Origin: an uncultured Gemmatimonadaceae bacterium
GTDB lineage: Bacteria; Gemmatimonadota; Gemmatimonadetes; Gemmatimonadales; Gemmatimonadaceae
Reading direction: 5' to 3'
DNA: 64,000 bases
Assembly: GCA_963817955.1 (NCBI GenBank)
Contig: CAWFQK010000001.1
Coordinates: 224,001 to 288,000, forward strand
Below the pieces are notes generated by a model. It did no database searches and was not told the origin of the DNA. It was given only the letters and a program-made list of their open reading frames with translations. The position numbers and the translations under genes are program-made. How positions within the stretch are numbered: position 1 is the stretch's first letter; the number at the start of each line of letters is the position of its first letter. Positions 40,757-51,156 of the stretch are shown piece by piece.

Positions 40757-40812
40757 CGAACCCGCATTCTTGCGATCGATGGTACGTTCCTCGAAGATCG
40801 ACGATTGTCCCG

Positions 40813-43800
40813 CTACGGCACGATCGGCTTCACCACCTCCGTGATCGCCTGCATCTTCCCTTGCATCGACACATTGAACGCCGCCAGATCCGTCTCGACG
40901 ACGGTCTTGTATGCCACCTTGGCGGCGCTCAATTCCTTTTCGATATCGGCGAGCCAGGCGAGCGCTCCGTCGGTGGGCGGATAGTCGGCACCGCCAGCGA
41001 CGTCGCCGGCGCCGCTATTCACCGTGCCATTCAACCAGATCAGCGCCATGTACACCTTGAATGGCTCGACGTAGTACTTGTCGTCGCTGTTCATGTCGGA
41101 GCGTGAAAGCAGTCGCAGTTCGACTTCGGTCAGCTTGCCGTCGAGCGCCGTCAGCGCATGTAGCGCGTCGGGCGTCTGGGCATTCACCTTCTGTTGGTCG
41201 AGAACCTGTTTTCGCATGACCTCGAGCCGGTTGATCATGTCGACGGCGGCGTTCATGTCGTCGTGCACACGGCGCTGCACCGCGGCGGACGCCACGAGAT
41301 CGGCATCGATCGTCTTGATCTCCGGGTCTTTCAGGACGATGAGCGGCTGCGTGAACGTCTTTCCATTCACCGACAGACTCACCGTGTACTTCCCCGGCAG
41401 CGCGATGGGACCGGAGGTCTGTGCGCCTTGAATGCCCCAGTGGGTGATCGGACGAGTCGTGCGATTTCGAAAGCGTGGCTCATCGAAGATAAGCGGATTG
41501 TCCGGCGCCGGTGTGCGCAGCGTGACGACTCGCGGCGGATCGTAGCGCAGGTCCCAGGTTACGCGATTGTACCCGGCACGCGTTGCCGACATGAGCGTGC
41601 GTACCACCACGCCGGCGCTGTCGAGAATCTGCAGCCGCACCGGTCGCGGAGTCGCCGCCGGCAACTTGAACGTCACTTCCGCGCGACCACTGCGTGCTTG
41701 CCGGTACCCGGGATGCGGCGGATACAGCACGGCGCTGTCGCCCATCGCCAATCGCCCATCGCCGAGTTCCAACGGCGCAATGTCTCTCAACACGTACACG
41801 CCGCGGCCGTACGTCGATACGACCACATCGTGCCACAACTTGGGCACGACGATCCACGACACAGCGGTGTGCGGTAACCCTTCGTTGAACTGCGTCCAGT
41901 GCGCGCCATCATCGAGCGTGTAGTAGAAGCCATGACCGGTACCGGCGAACAGCATGCCCTGCCGGTTTGGATTCTCCGTCACAGCCATGACGTAATCGAG
42001 CGGATGCGACGACGGCAGATCGCCGGTGATGTTCTTCCACGTCTGTCCGAAGTCGGTGGTCTTGAAGATGTATGGCTTGCGGTTGTCCATCATGTGGAAG
42101 TCCACCGCGACGTATGCCGTGGCGGGATCGAAGTGGGAGGGTTCGATCTTGCGCACGGTTCCCCATGTGGGCAGACCGGCGGCGTTGAGACTTTTCGTCA
42201 CGTCGGTCCACGCGTCGCCGCCGTCCTTCGTGAGCCAGAGCTTTCCATCATTGGTGCCGGCCCAGATGAGCCCCCGTTGCGTTTCCGATGGCGCAATGGC
42301 GAACACAACCTCGCCGTAGAATTGTCCAAGGTTGTCGGCGACGATGCCGCCAGACGAGACGATGCGTGACGTGTCCTGCGTCGACAGGTCGGGGCTGATG
42401 ACCTTCCAGCTCTGACCGCCATTCGATGTCTTGAATACGACCTGACATCCGTAGTACACGGTGTTGTGGTCGAACGGATCGATCGCCAGCGGCGGCGTCC
42501 AGTGACAACGATACGCGAGCGCGTTGGGAGGCGAGTCCAGCGTGTGCGCGCCGGGACTGACCGATCGCGCGCGCTTCACGCGGTGATCGTAACGCGTCAC
42601 CTCGTTCCCGTAGCATGAGGCCCAAATGATGTTCGGGTCGGTGAGATCTGGAAGCGTGAACCCTGATTCGCAGCCGCCAAGTCCATGATCCCACGTCGAG
42701 GTGCCGACGCGATTGGTGTTCGGCGGTGGTGGAGCGGCCGTGTCGGCGGTGGGAGATGGACGTTGGGCAGCGGGCGATGCCTGTTGAGCGATGATCGTTG
42801 GGCGATTGGCGACCGGTGCTCCGCCCCTGCCTCGACCGCCGCGGCCGGCGGCCGTCGTATCGGGGCCTCCACGCCCACCGCGGCCCGTACCCGCCGCGAT
42901 ACCACGCGTCGCCTGTGGCGCCTCCGGTGCGGTGCTCGGACCACGCATGGTGCTGTTGTCCTGCCTGTTCCCGTAGACCCAGTAGGGAATCTGATTGTCG
43001 ACGGCAACGTGATACATCTGCGCGATCGGCAGCGCGACAGAGAGGAAGGTCTTGCCATGGTCGTTCGTCAGTCGCGCACCGAGGTCGTTCGTCAGACCAA
43101 AGTGGCCGGGCTTCTTGGGATCGATCCAGATGTCATGGTTGTCGCCGCCCCATGGCACGTCATTGAATGTCTTGCCGCCGTCCTTCGACTGAAAGAAGCT
43201 GCTGTTCGCAATGAGAATCTCATTGGCGTCGCCGCTCGAGACTTTGATGTTGATGTAGTAGCCGGCCCGTCCGATGAGTGCACGCTGATGATTGACGACC
43301 TTCCACTTCACACCGCCGTCGTTGGAACGCCAGACGGATCCCTGATCGGCGGTCTGGATGAGCGCATACACGCGCTTCGAATCGGTCGGTGCAACGGCGA
43401 TGTCGATCTTGCCGATGGGTGGCTTGGGTAGCCCGGTGTCCAGTACCTGTTTCCACGTCTCGCCGGCATCGCGCGTCACGTAGATGCCAGCTTTCGGATC
43501 GTCCGTACCGCTGTACATCGCGTAGGTATGCATGATGACGTGCCACATGCCGGCGAACAGGACGCGGGGATTCTTGACATCGATGGCGAGCCCGGAGCAC
43601 CCAAAGTTTCCGCCCACCCACAGGACACGCTTCCATGTCTTGCCGCCATCCATGGTGCGATACACGCCATGCTCCTCTTGCGGACCAGTCGCTCGTCCAA
43701 GGGCACACACGTAGACGACGTTCGGATTGGTCGGATGCACGATGATGCGGCCGATGCGTCCCGTGGAGTCGAGGCCCATGTGCTTCCACGTCATTCCAGA

Positions 43801-44214
43801 ATCGGGCGACATGTAGACGCCGTCGCCCTGAAGATCGGCGTCGCGTATGGCCCACGCCTCGCCGGTACCTGCCCATACGATCTGCGGCTTCGACGGCGCA
43901 ACCGCCAGCGCGCCGATGGCCTGCACGGGCATTGAATCGGAGACCGGACGCCAGGTTGAGCCGCTATCGGCCGACTTCCATACGCCGCCAGACGCCGCGC
44001 CGATGTACCACACGCGTGCGTCACCCGGCACGCCACTGATCGCCGAGATCCGGCCGCCTTCAGCGGGACCAAGAAGCTGAAAGCGGAACGGGTCGGGTTG
44101 CGGCGGACGTGGGGCGGGCGTGGCGCCGCGCTGCGCGTGGGCGGCAAGGGCGAGCGATACGCTCAGCAGCAGGGCGGCGCGCGCGGCGCGCGCCGTGAAA
44201 TCGCGGTGGCTCAA
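40813..44214 (-). CDS. VPS10/sortilin-like BNR-repeat secreted protein (start uncertain)
   Basis: Many S/TxDGGxTW repeats, GGDNHDIWIDP and VVSTYGRG. Confidence 0.88.
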   Translation of the reverse strand: MSHRDFTARAARAALLLSVSLALAAHAQRGATPAPRPPQPDPFRFQLLGPAEGGRISAISGVPGDARVWYIGAASGGVWKSADSGSTWRPVSDSMPVQAIGALAVAPSKPQIVWAGTGEAWAIRDADLQGDGVYMSPDSGMTWKHMGLDSTGRIGRIIVHPTNPNVVYVCALGRATGPQEEHGVYRTMDGGKTWKRVLWVGGNFGCSGLAIDVKNPRVLFAGMWHVIMHTYAMYSGTDDPKAGIYVTRDAGETWKQVLDTGLPKPPIGKIDIAVAPTDSKRVYALIQTADQGSVWRSNDGGVKWKVVNHQRALIGRAGYYINIKVSSGDANEILIANSSFFQSKDGGKTFNDVPWGGDNHDIWIDPKKPGHFGLTNDLGARLTNDHGKTFLSVALPIAQMYHVAVDNQIPYWVYGNRQDNSTMRGPSTAPEAPQATRGIAAGTGRGGRGGPDTTAAGRGGRGRGGAPVANRPTIIAQQASPAAQRPSPTADTAAPPPPNTNRVGTSTWDHGLGGCESGFTLPDLTDPNIIWASCYGNEVTRYDHRVKRARSVSPGAHTLDSPPNALAYRCHWTPPLAIDPFDHNTVYYGCQVVFKTSNGGQSWKVISPDLSTQDTSRIVSSGGIVADNLGQFYGEVVFAIAPSETQRGLIWAGTNDGKLWLTKDGGDAWTDVTKSLNAAGLPTWGTVRKIEPSHFDPATAYVAVDFHMMDNRKPYIFKTTDFGQTWKNITGDLPSSHPLDYVMAVTENPNRQGMLFAGTGHGFYYTLDDGAHWTQFNEGLPHTAVSWIVVPKLWHDVVVSTYGRGVYVLRDIAPLELGDGRLAMGDSAVLYPPHPGYRQARSGRAEVTFKLPAATPRPVRLQILDSAGVVVRTLMSATRAGYNRVTWDLRYDPPRVVTLRTPAPDNPLIFDEPRFRNRTTRPITHWGIQGAQTSGPIALPGKYTVSLSVNGKTFTQPLIVLKDPEIKTIDADLVASAAVQRRVHDDMNAAVDMINRLEVMRKQVLDQQKVNAQTPDALHALTALDGKLTEVELRLLSRSDMNSDDKYYVEPFKVYMALIWLNGTVNSGAGDVAGGADYPPTDGALAWLADIEKELSAAKVAYKTVVETDLAAFNVSMQGKMQAITEVVKPIVP

Positions 44215-44340
44215 GGGAGGGACTCCGAAAGGGAGGCGGGTCAGTGTCACCCATACGATACTGCGTGGGCCGGGTATGGGGGAGGACCCGGCCTGGGCCT
44301 CCCAGGTGTTTCTCGGCAAGAAACGAGCAATAGTGGCTGT

Positions 44341-45372
44341 CTATCGCAGGCGCTCGTCTCCGGTCGCTACGGTGCCGGATTGGCCCAACTTCCCATAGTC
44401 GACCATCCACGTGCGAAGACCGTAGTTGGGGAGGTTCTTCGTGTGCCCTGCCACGAGCTGTTTGTTGTACTCGGCGAAGTACAGATCGAACGGATCGCGT
44501 TCGTCGGCATCGTGGATGAGTAGATCCGTGTCGGTCATCGTGAGCTTGCCGAAACGCAGCTCGCCACCGCGAAAGTAGACAAAGTTGTGCGACCCGCTGT
44601 CGGGACGCACATAGGTTCCGAAGATCGTATCGTCGGGCGTACGTGCGAACTCCTGGACGAGCAGGTCCTTTTCGACGCGCACCGCGGCCAGATGCCCCTC
44701 GACCGTTGGCGGCGGAATGATCTGCAGCGGATCGAGGAAGATGTCGTCGCCCTTCACCGACGCGCCGTGCGCCTTGCTCAGGTCCATCATCCTGTCCAGA
44801 TGCAGCCCGAGCGCGTGCATCAACGCGAGTCCATTCACGCCGAAGATGCGCAGCCGGTCAGGGTGCAGGCGCAGGAGGCCGTCGGGCTGAAGGACCGGCA
44901 CGGACCACATCTCGAACGGTATGTTCACGCCTTTGTGCAGCGTGCCGTTCTGCACCACGGACCCGTTCTCGATGCGCACGCGAAGATTCTTGATCGGCGC
45001 ACCGGGGTAGTTGAAGGCGATTTCGTTGAGGAGTGCCGTGATCGCGTCTCCGTCGAGCGCGACGAGACCGCTCGTGGCGCGAATGTGGAACGACTTCGGC
45101 TCATCCAGCCAGGCGATCGTCCCAGGTATGGTCGGGATCACCCGCCCGCGGAGCGAGCGAACCCGCATCACGTTGTGGGCGTCGACATGCAAATCCACGT
45201 TCTGCATGTCCATCCACAAATCGGACTGATGTGGGTCTTCCGCGAGGGACGACGGCTCGCCGCGGGACGTCGCACGCGCCGGTGCACGGGTGCCGAGAAA
45301 CAGCCACGCCGCAACGATGAGAATGCCTACTACGCCAAAGCGGCGCGCGAGTCGAGCTGCAGTCTTGTTCAT
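44341..45372 (-). CDS. Hypothetical membrane-anchored beta-rich protein
   Basis: Long ORF with an N-terminal TM helix; ATG 45372 avoids overlap with the upstream gene. Confidence 0.7.
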   Translation of the reverse strand: MNKTAARLARRFGVVGILIVAAWLFLGTRAPARATSRGEPSSLAEDPHQSDLWMDMQNVDLHVDAHNVMRVRSLRGRVIPTIPGTIAWLDEPKSFHIRATSGLVALDGDAITALLNEIAFNYPGAPIKNLRVRIENGSVVQNGTLHKGVNIPFEMWSVPVLQPDGLLRLHPDRLRIFGVNGLALMHALGLHLDRMMDLSKAHGASVKGDDIFLDPLQIIPPPTVEGHLAAVRVEKDLLVQEFARTPDDTIFGTYVRPDSGSHNFVYFRGGELRFGKLTMTDTDLLIHDADERDPFDLYFAEYNKQLVAGHTKNLPNYGLRTWMVDYGKLGQSGTVATGDERLR

Positions 45373-45394
45373 GGTCTGAGATGAATTCGTCGCC

Positions 45395-46231
45395 TCATCG
45401 ATCTTCGAGCGGCCACCAGCGTTTGTTCGAGTAGCGACGGCCGAAGACAGCGTGCAATGCAGGCCGAGCGTCATCGGCTCGCGCCACGGCATCGAGCCGT
45501 AGGGTGAGAGGCTCGATGCGAGAGAAGTCGCGGTACCGTGCATAGCTGTGAAAGAATCCCCACGGCCCGCCATGTGCGATCTTGCCCAACCAGATGTCAG
45601 GCAGGAGCACGAATTCCATGGCGTAGAGAACGTTGAGCGTTTTTGTCCGAGGCAAATCGCTCTCAATGATGCCGTGCGGAAGATTGGAGTGTTTCCCCCA
45701 TTGCACATTGACGGCTGGCTGGCCTTTGTCGCGCCAATTGGTATGCAGGATTGTGCCGTGCCAGTACGTCCACAGGCCGGTCGGCGCGTGCGTCAGGCTG
45801 TCGTAGCCGACCCAGACCACTTCCTCGTCCGACGGCTCGGCCCACGGCACCCACTGCAGATTGACATCATGGCTCCAGAGCAGGTGGTAAGCGATGATCG
45901 GCCGGGTTGGGTGCAGCACTGCCGCGACCCGCAGCAGCGGGAAGGTCTCATCGCGCTGCACGTACAGAACGGGGGCGAGTGCGCGTGCGAGCACAACGTC
46001 AGCCGAGTCGGCGGCATTTGGCGGTTGGGCCGGTACTGGCGGAATGTCTGCCCGTGGCACGCACGACGCGAGAGCAATGGCCATACAGGCCGAGAACAGA
46101 CCTGCGGTCAGCCTCAAGTGTCGCCCCCCCGTGACTCCGTGCACGGCCACGCTAACGGCTTGGCAAGGCCGTGGTGGCATATCGCCCCGTCGCGCAACCC
46201 TTGCGCCGACGTTCGCCATCCGACGATGCAC
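45395..46231 (-). CDS. Hypothetical lipoprotein (start uncertain)
   Basis: LASC lipobox-like motif and a Trp-rich globular domain. Confidence 0.65.
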   Translation of the reverse strand: MHRRMANVGARVARRGDMPPRPCQAVSVAVHGVTGGRHLRLTAGLFSACMAIALASCVPRADIPPVPAQPPNAADSADVVLARALAPVLYVQRDETFPLLRVAAVLHPTRPIIAYHLLWSHDVNLQWVPWAEPSDEEVVWVGYDSLTHAPTGLWTYWHGTILHTNWRDKGQPAVNVQWGKHSNLPHGIIESDLPRTKTLNVLYAMEFVLLPDIWLGKIAHGGPWGFFHSYARYRDFSRIEPLTLRLDAVARADDARPALHAVFGRRYSNKRWWPLEDR

Positions 46232-46381
46232 TGCGCGCTAAGATTTGTTTCGCCCGATCGCCGGCTTGCGCAACCGATATGGACGAGGTCAAATCGCGTG
46301 GCAAGGTGATGAGCTTCCTCTGAACTACAGCTCATCCGTAGGTAGAGCAGCAATGCCGAAGACGGCCACCGCGCTCGCACC

Positions 46382-46396
46382 CGGTATGCCTCTTGC
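46382..46396 (+). promoter_or_regulatory. Putative sigma-54 promoter
   Basis: C-GG-TATGCCTCTT-GC, about 40 bp upstream of the lipoprotein start. Confidence 0.4.
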
Positions 46397-46436
46397 CAGT
46401 TCTGCCCGTCGTCAATCTCACCGTGAGGGTGAAAAC

Positions 46437-46748
46437 GTGAACAAGGGAATGGCGACGCTGGCCGTCCTTGCGCTGATCGGCGCCGGGGCGTGCAAAAAGA
46501 ACAACGAGAATACGATGGCCGACACCAGCACCATGAGGGCTACGGACACCGCCGGCGGCGCGGTGGTTCCCACGACGGACACGGTAGTCAAGACGACGCA
46601 AGTGACCACCGACACGATGAAGGGCAAGCCGTCCGACACAGCAAAAGCGAAAGCAAAAGCGAAAGCGAAGGCAAAGGCGAAGGCGAAGACCGACACGAGC
46701 AAGAAGGATTCGTTGAAGGCTGCCGAGAAGATGAAGAAGCCGTATTAG
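46437..46748 (+). CDS. Small low-complexity lipoprotein with (AK)8 repeat
   Basis: GAGG RBS, GTG start, GAGAC lipobox and a Thr/Asp/Lys-rich tail. Confidence 0.75.
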   Translation: MNKGMATLAVLALIGAGACKKNNENTMADTSTMRATDTAGGAVVPTTDTVVKTTQVTTDTMKGKPSDTAKAKAKAKAKAKAKAKTDTSKKDSLKAAEKMKKPY

Positions 46749-46911
46749 CAGTCGGCTGTCTCCTGCCGAACGGCGGAAACGAAGGATCTTCTCTCGGGCA
46801 GCTCGCCAGCGCCGCGGGAGGAGGTCCTTCCTTGTTCGCCTTCCTGCTACGATACGGCATCGCGATGAGGTTCGGCTTGCTCAACCTTGGTGCCCGATCG
46901 ATCTTGCAGAT

Positions 46912-47304
46912 ATGACCAACTCGAATACGCCGACGTCGGCTGCCGCTGCAGTCCCCACTCCAGAGCCCGTGGAACCTGTAGGCGCTTTGGGGTCCGTTGA
47001 CGCGACGACGCTGACGGCTGAGCAGGTACGACTGGCGCTACGCAAGGTGAAGGATCCGGAACTCAACCTGAACATCGTCGACCTTGGCTTGGTCTACGAC
47101 GTCGTGGTCGACGGCGTGGATGTGCAGATCGATATGACGTTGACGTCGCCGGGTTGCCCGGCCGGTCCACAGATCATGGGCGACGTGGAGCGCGCAGTGA
47201 AAGCGGTGGCGGGTGTCGGCGACGTGAATGTCAATCTCGTGTGGCAGCCGTTCTGGACGCCCGACAGGATCGAGCCGCGGGTGAGGGCATACATGGGGTT
47301 GTAG
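46912..47304 (+). CDS. DUF59/SufT-like Fe-S assembly factor
   Basis: DPELNLNIVDLGLVY, MTLTSPGCP and PFWTPD. Confidence 0.9.
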   Translation: MTNSNTPTSAAAAVPTPEPVEPVGALGSVDATTLTAEQVRLALRKVKDPELNLNIVDLGLVYDVVVDGVDVQIDMTLTSPGCPAGPQIMGDVERAVKAVAGVGDVNVNLVWQPFWTPDRIEPRVRAYMGL

Positions 47305-47332
47305 GACCCTACGCCGTCACCCTCGGGTGGCT

Positions 47333-48556
47333 TTACCCCTGTTTGTACGGCGAATCGTCACCCGATCTGACGATCGGCGCAGGCGAGGCGGGCGGCACCT
47401 GTGGCACCACAGGCTTCCGGTGCCGTGCAAGGGCCTTGAGGAAATCCTCACCGAGGACGGCCATCTGCCAACGGCGAAGCTCCGTGACCGATTCCATTTC
47501 GTCGCGTGTCGCCGGGTTCTTCCGCACGACGGCCTCGAGCCGTTCGCGTGAGCCGAGGACGCCTGGATCGAGGTCGAGGCGAGCGGCGTGCTCGTCGCGC
47601 ACCGTCTTCAGCGCGTTGAATCGAACGTCGAAACTGGGGTCGCGATCCCACCGCGGCGCGCGCGGGAACTTCGGCAAATCGTTCTCCGGCACGGCGAGCC
47701 CGCGCTTCACGGCGTCGAGCAACTCGTGACCGCGCAACTCGAGAATGCCGCGCGGCATGCCCTTGATCGCGCCGAGGACGTCCTTGGTGGCCGGCTGCTG
47801 CCGCGCGATCTCCAGTAGCTGTTCGTTGCCGAGCACCCTGAACGTGGCGCGATCCATCTGCCGGGCCAGTGCATCGCGCCACGGCACGAGCTCGCGCAGA
47901 ATGGCCAGCTCGCGACGCGTAAGATCGCGGGCGCCCTTGATCTTGAAGAAGGCGTTGCCGGGATCCTCGTCGGACCAGCGCGTGCCCTCGAGGAGCGTGA
48001 ACTCCTCGCGCGCCCATTCCCAACGACCAGTGCGCTCGAGCTCGTCCTTCAGGCGATCGCGCAGCTCGAGCAGGTGGATGGTGTCCTGGGCGGCATAGTC
48101 GAGCATGCCCCCGGTGAGCGGTCGCATGGACCAGTCGGCGCGCTGATGCTTTTTGTCCAGCTTCACGCCGAAGTAGCGTTCGAGCAGCGCAGCGAGGCCA
48201 AACGCCTTGAGTCCAAGAAGCTGCGCGGCAACGCGCGTATCGAAGATATTGCGCACCTGCCAGCCGTAATCCTGATGCAGCAGGCGAAGATCGTAGTCCG
48301 CATCATGAAACACGACCTCGACATTCGGCGACTCCATGAGCGTCCGGAGCCCGGCCGGATTGCCGATGGGGAGCGGATCGAGGATCGCCGTGCGGTCGCG
48401 CGTGGAGAGCTGGAGCAGGTAGATTCGATCGACGAAGCGATGGAAGCTCGCTCCTTCGGTATCGAGCGCGAGGATCGACGCCCCGGCGATCGACGATAGA
48501 AACGTGTCTACCGTCTCGGGGGTGTCGAGATAAATAGGCGTGTGTGGGCTGGGCAC
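47333..48556 (-). CDS. rnd: Ribonuclease D with HRDC domain
   Basis: ALDTE, FDTRVAA, DWSMRPL and YAAQD. Confidence 0.9.
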   Translation of the reverse strand: MPSPHTPIYLDTPETVDTFLSSIAGASILALDTEGASFHRFVDRIYLLQLSTRDRTAILDPLPIGNPAGLRTLMESPNVEVVFHDADYDLRLLHQDYGWQVRNIFDTRVAAQLLGLKAFGLAALLERYFGVKLDKKHQRADWSMRPLTGGMLDYAAQDTIHLLELRDRLKDELERTGRWEWAREEFTLLEGTRWSDEDPGNAFFKIKGARDLTRRELAILRELVPWRDALARQMDRATFRVLGNEQLLEIARQQPATKDVLGAIKGMPRGILELRGHELLDAVKRGLAVPENDLPKFPRAPRWDRDPSFDVRFNALKTVRDEHAARLDLDPGVLGSRERLEAVVRKNPATRDEMESVTELRRWQMAVLGEDFLKALARHRKPVVPQVPPASPAPIVRSGDDSPYKQG

Positions 48557-48599
48557 GCTTGCAATCTAACCGGCATTTTCGTTGCCCGGAGCCGAGCGC

Positions 48600-49793
48600 A
48601 TGGATGGTATGAGAGAACGCAGGCGGCGCGCGCCGGCCTGGCGCAGTACGGACGTGGCCCGCACGGCGGCGCTGGTCATCGCTATGTATCTGCTCGTCCG
48701 GTTGATCTGGTTTGCCGACCTGCTCGTGCTCACCGCATTCCTCGGCGTCTTGTTCGGACTCGCTGTGTCGTCGGGTGTGGACCGGCTGGAGCGCCTGCGC
48801 ATTCCGCGCGGCCTCGGCGCCGCGGCAATCGTGATCGGGTTCTTTGGACTGCTCGTGGGGTTCGGCGCGTGGATGGCGCCGACGCTCCACGAACAGGGCA
48901 TCGAGCTGCGACGCCGGCTGCCGGATGCGATCGACCGGGCCGAAATATGGGTCACCGCGCAACGCGGCGGGGTGTTCGGGTTCGTCCTCAGCGGGATCGC
49001 TCCGATGCAGGACTCCGCCACGGCGACGCCGCCGCCGAAGACAGCGCCCGGGGTGGCATCCGTGCCGAACCCGGCGGCGGATTCGGCGCGCTCGACGCTG
49101 CGGACCCGGCTGGGCGAGCGCGCGAGCGGCATGACGCGGTACGTCTTTCCCTTCCTCTCCTCGACGCTCGAGGTGATCGGAGGGATGCTCATCATCACTT
49201 TCTTATCGATCTACATTGCGGTGGATCCCGAGATGTACCGCCGCGGCATCATGCACCTCTTCCCACATCGCGCCCGGCAGCGGACCGGCGAGGTGCTGTC
49301 GGCGATCGCGGCGGTGCTGCGGCGCTGGCTGGTGACCCAGTTGATCGCCATGGCGACCATTGGCGTCGTCACCACCGTCGTGCTCCTCGCGCTGAACGTG
49401 AAGGCGGCGTTCGCACTTGGTCTGCTGTCGGGATTGTTCGAGTTCATTCCCACGGTTGGGCCAATTCTCAGTTCCCTGCCGGCAATCGCCATGGGCTTCC
49501 TCGACTCGCCGGAGAAGGCGCTGTTCGTCACGATTGCGTACATCCTCGTGCAGTTCATGGAGAATCACCTGCTGATTCCACTGCTGATGAAAGGTGGAAT
49601 CAACGTGCCGCCGGCGATGACTATTCTCTCACAGGCGCTCATGGCGTTGCTCTTCGGCTTCCTGGGCCTGATGTGCGCCGTCCCGCTACTCGCAGCGACG
49701 ATGGTGGCCGTGCGACTGTTGTACGTCGAGGGAGTGGTCGGCGATCCACAGTTCGGACCCGGGGAGGATCCGCGCCAGGGCGCGCAGACATAA
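48600..49793 (+). CDS. AI-2E family transporter
   Basis: FIPTVGP, VQFMENHLLIP and GFLGLMCAVPL. Confidence 0.9.
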   Translation: MDGMRERRRRAPAWRSTDVARTAALVIAMYLLVRLIWFADLLVLTAFLGVLFGLAVSSGVDRLERLRIPRGLGAAAIVIGFFGLLVGFGAWMAPTLHEQGIELRRRLPDAIDRAEIWVTAQRGGVFGFVLSGIAPMQDSATATPPPKTAPGVASVPNPAADSARSTLRTRLGERASGMTRYVFPFLSSTLEVIGGMLIITFLSIYIAVDPEMYRRGIMHLFPHRARQRTGEVLSAIAAVLRRWLVTQLIAMATIGVVTTVVLLALNVKAAFALGLLSGLFEFIPTVGPILSSLPAIAMGFLDSPEKALFVTIAYILVQFMENHLLIPLLMKGGINVPPAMTILSQALMALLFGFLGLMCAVPLLAATMVAVRLLYVEGVVGDPQFGPGEDPRQGAQT

Positions 49794-50746
49794 TGCCGCT
49801 CGCGCGGCGGTTTCCGGCGCTGAAGGAGATTCCGCGGGTGGTCCTCGGGCGCTACCCGACACCGGTCGTACCGCTCAGCGCATTGTCACCCAATCTGTGG
49901 ATCAAGCGTGACGACCTGAGCGCCGACCCTCTGGGTGGCAACAAGGTGCGAGCCCTGGAGTATCTGCTCGGTGGCGTGAAGCGCGATGACACCATCGTCA
50001 CGGTCGGCTCGGAAGGCTCCACGCACGCACTGGCCGTCGTGACGTATGGCAAGCGGCTCGCGGCGCGCGTGCTCATTGGCCGATGGCGGCAAGAGATGAA
50101 CGCGGCTGCCGAGATCGTGAGCGCGCGGATCGCACGCAGAGCGGACGCCGCACCCATCTACCGAACCCCCTTCGGCGCATATGGGTACGCCTGGACGCAC
50201 CGACTGCGCGGCGCAATATGGATTCCTGCCGGCGGCAGCTCCGCGATCGGCATCCTCGGGCACGTCAACGCGGGATTGGAGCTGATCGACCAGATCGACG
50301 CGGGACAGGTGCCGCAGCCGGCAACTATCGTCGTTCCGCTCGGCACGGGCGGCACCGCGGCGGGACTCGCACTCGCGTTCGCCATCGCCGGGCGCGACAT
50401 CACGGTCGTTGGCGCTCGCGTGGTGCCACGCATCGTGGCCCGGCGCGGCACGGTGCTCGCGCTGGCCAATCGGACGCGAAGATTCATCGAGCGCGCATCG
50501 CATGAGCACGTGCCACGGGTGCGCGCGGACCGTGTCCGCGTCGTGCACGAAACGTATGGCGGAGCGTATGGTCGTGAAACGCGCGCCGGTCGCGACGCGA
50601 CGACCCAATTACGAACCGTCAGCGCGCTGACGCTCGACGCGACGTACAGCGCCAAGGCGTTCGCGTACGCCTTGGCGCGTGCGGCGGCCGGCGATCGAAT
50701 ACTGTTCTGGTTGACGTTTGATCCCCGAATTCTGGATGGCCAATGA
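49793..50746 (+). CDS. PLP-dependent D-cysteine desulfhydrase/ACC deaminase family enzyme
   Basis: PTP, IKRDDL..GGNKVR, GTGGT and LDATYSAKA; ATG overlaps the upstream TAA. Confidence 0.85.
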   Translation: MPLARRFPALKEIPRVVLGRYPTPVVPLSALSPNLWIKRDDLSADPLGGNKVRALEYLLGGVKRDDTIVTVGSEGSTHALAVVTYGKRLAARVLIGRWRQEMNAAAEIVSARIARRADAAPIYRTPFGAYGYAWTHRLRGAIWIPAGGSSAIGILGHVNAGLELIDQIDAGQVPQPATIVVPLGTGGTAAGLALAFAIAGRDITVVGARVVPRIVARRGTVLALANRTRRFIERASHEHVPRVRADRVRVVHETYGGAYGRETRAGRDATTQLRTVSALTLDATYSAKAFAYALARAAAGDRILFWLTFDPRILDGQ

Positions 50747-51156
50747 CGCAGCTACCCGAAGTCACGTTCCACATCTATCCGACCGACTGCGATATGCTCG
50801 GGCATCTGAACCATGCGACGATGCTCAACTTTCTCGAGCGCGCCCGGTGGGCGCTGCTGGAGCCGCAGATCGATATTCGTAACTGGGCAAAGCAGCCAGT
50901 GTACTCGGTGGTGCGGCATGTCGACATTGGATACATGGCACAGTCGCCGCCAGGTGAGGACCTGGTGATCCGCTCGGGGCTGCTCGCCATTCGTCGCACC
51001 AGCTATATCATCAAGCAGGAGGCGCGACTCGTCCGCAGTAATACGCTCGTGGCCGTCGCGTCAATCGTGTTCGTGGCGATTGACCAGACGGGAGCGCCGG
51101 TGCCAGTGCCCGACAGCTGGCGCGACATGCTGCCGCAGTGGCCGGAGCACGAGTGA
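50743..51156 (+). CDS. Acyl-CoA thioesterase (4HBT/YbgC family)
   Basis: DCDMLGHLNHA...LERAR. Confidence 0.88.
   Translation: MTQLPEVTFHIYPTDCDMLGHLNHATMLNFLERARWALLEPQIDIRNWAKQPVYSVVRHVDIGYMAQSPPGEDLVIRSGLLAIRRTSYIIKQEARLVRSNTLVAVASIVFVAIDQTGAPVPVPDSWRDMLPQWPEHE

Noticed and set aside
42700..42920. GRGG/Pro-rich insert in the VPS10-like protein as a mobile insertion or intein
   Set aside because: In-frame low-complexity loop with no splicing motifs; such loops are common in these secreted proteins.
48542..49792. 734-aa fusion ORF
   Set aside because: The N-terminal part is an alternative frame over the AI-2E gene; the real PLP enzyme starts at 49793.
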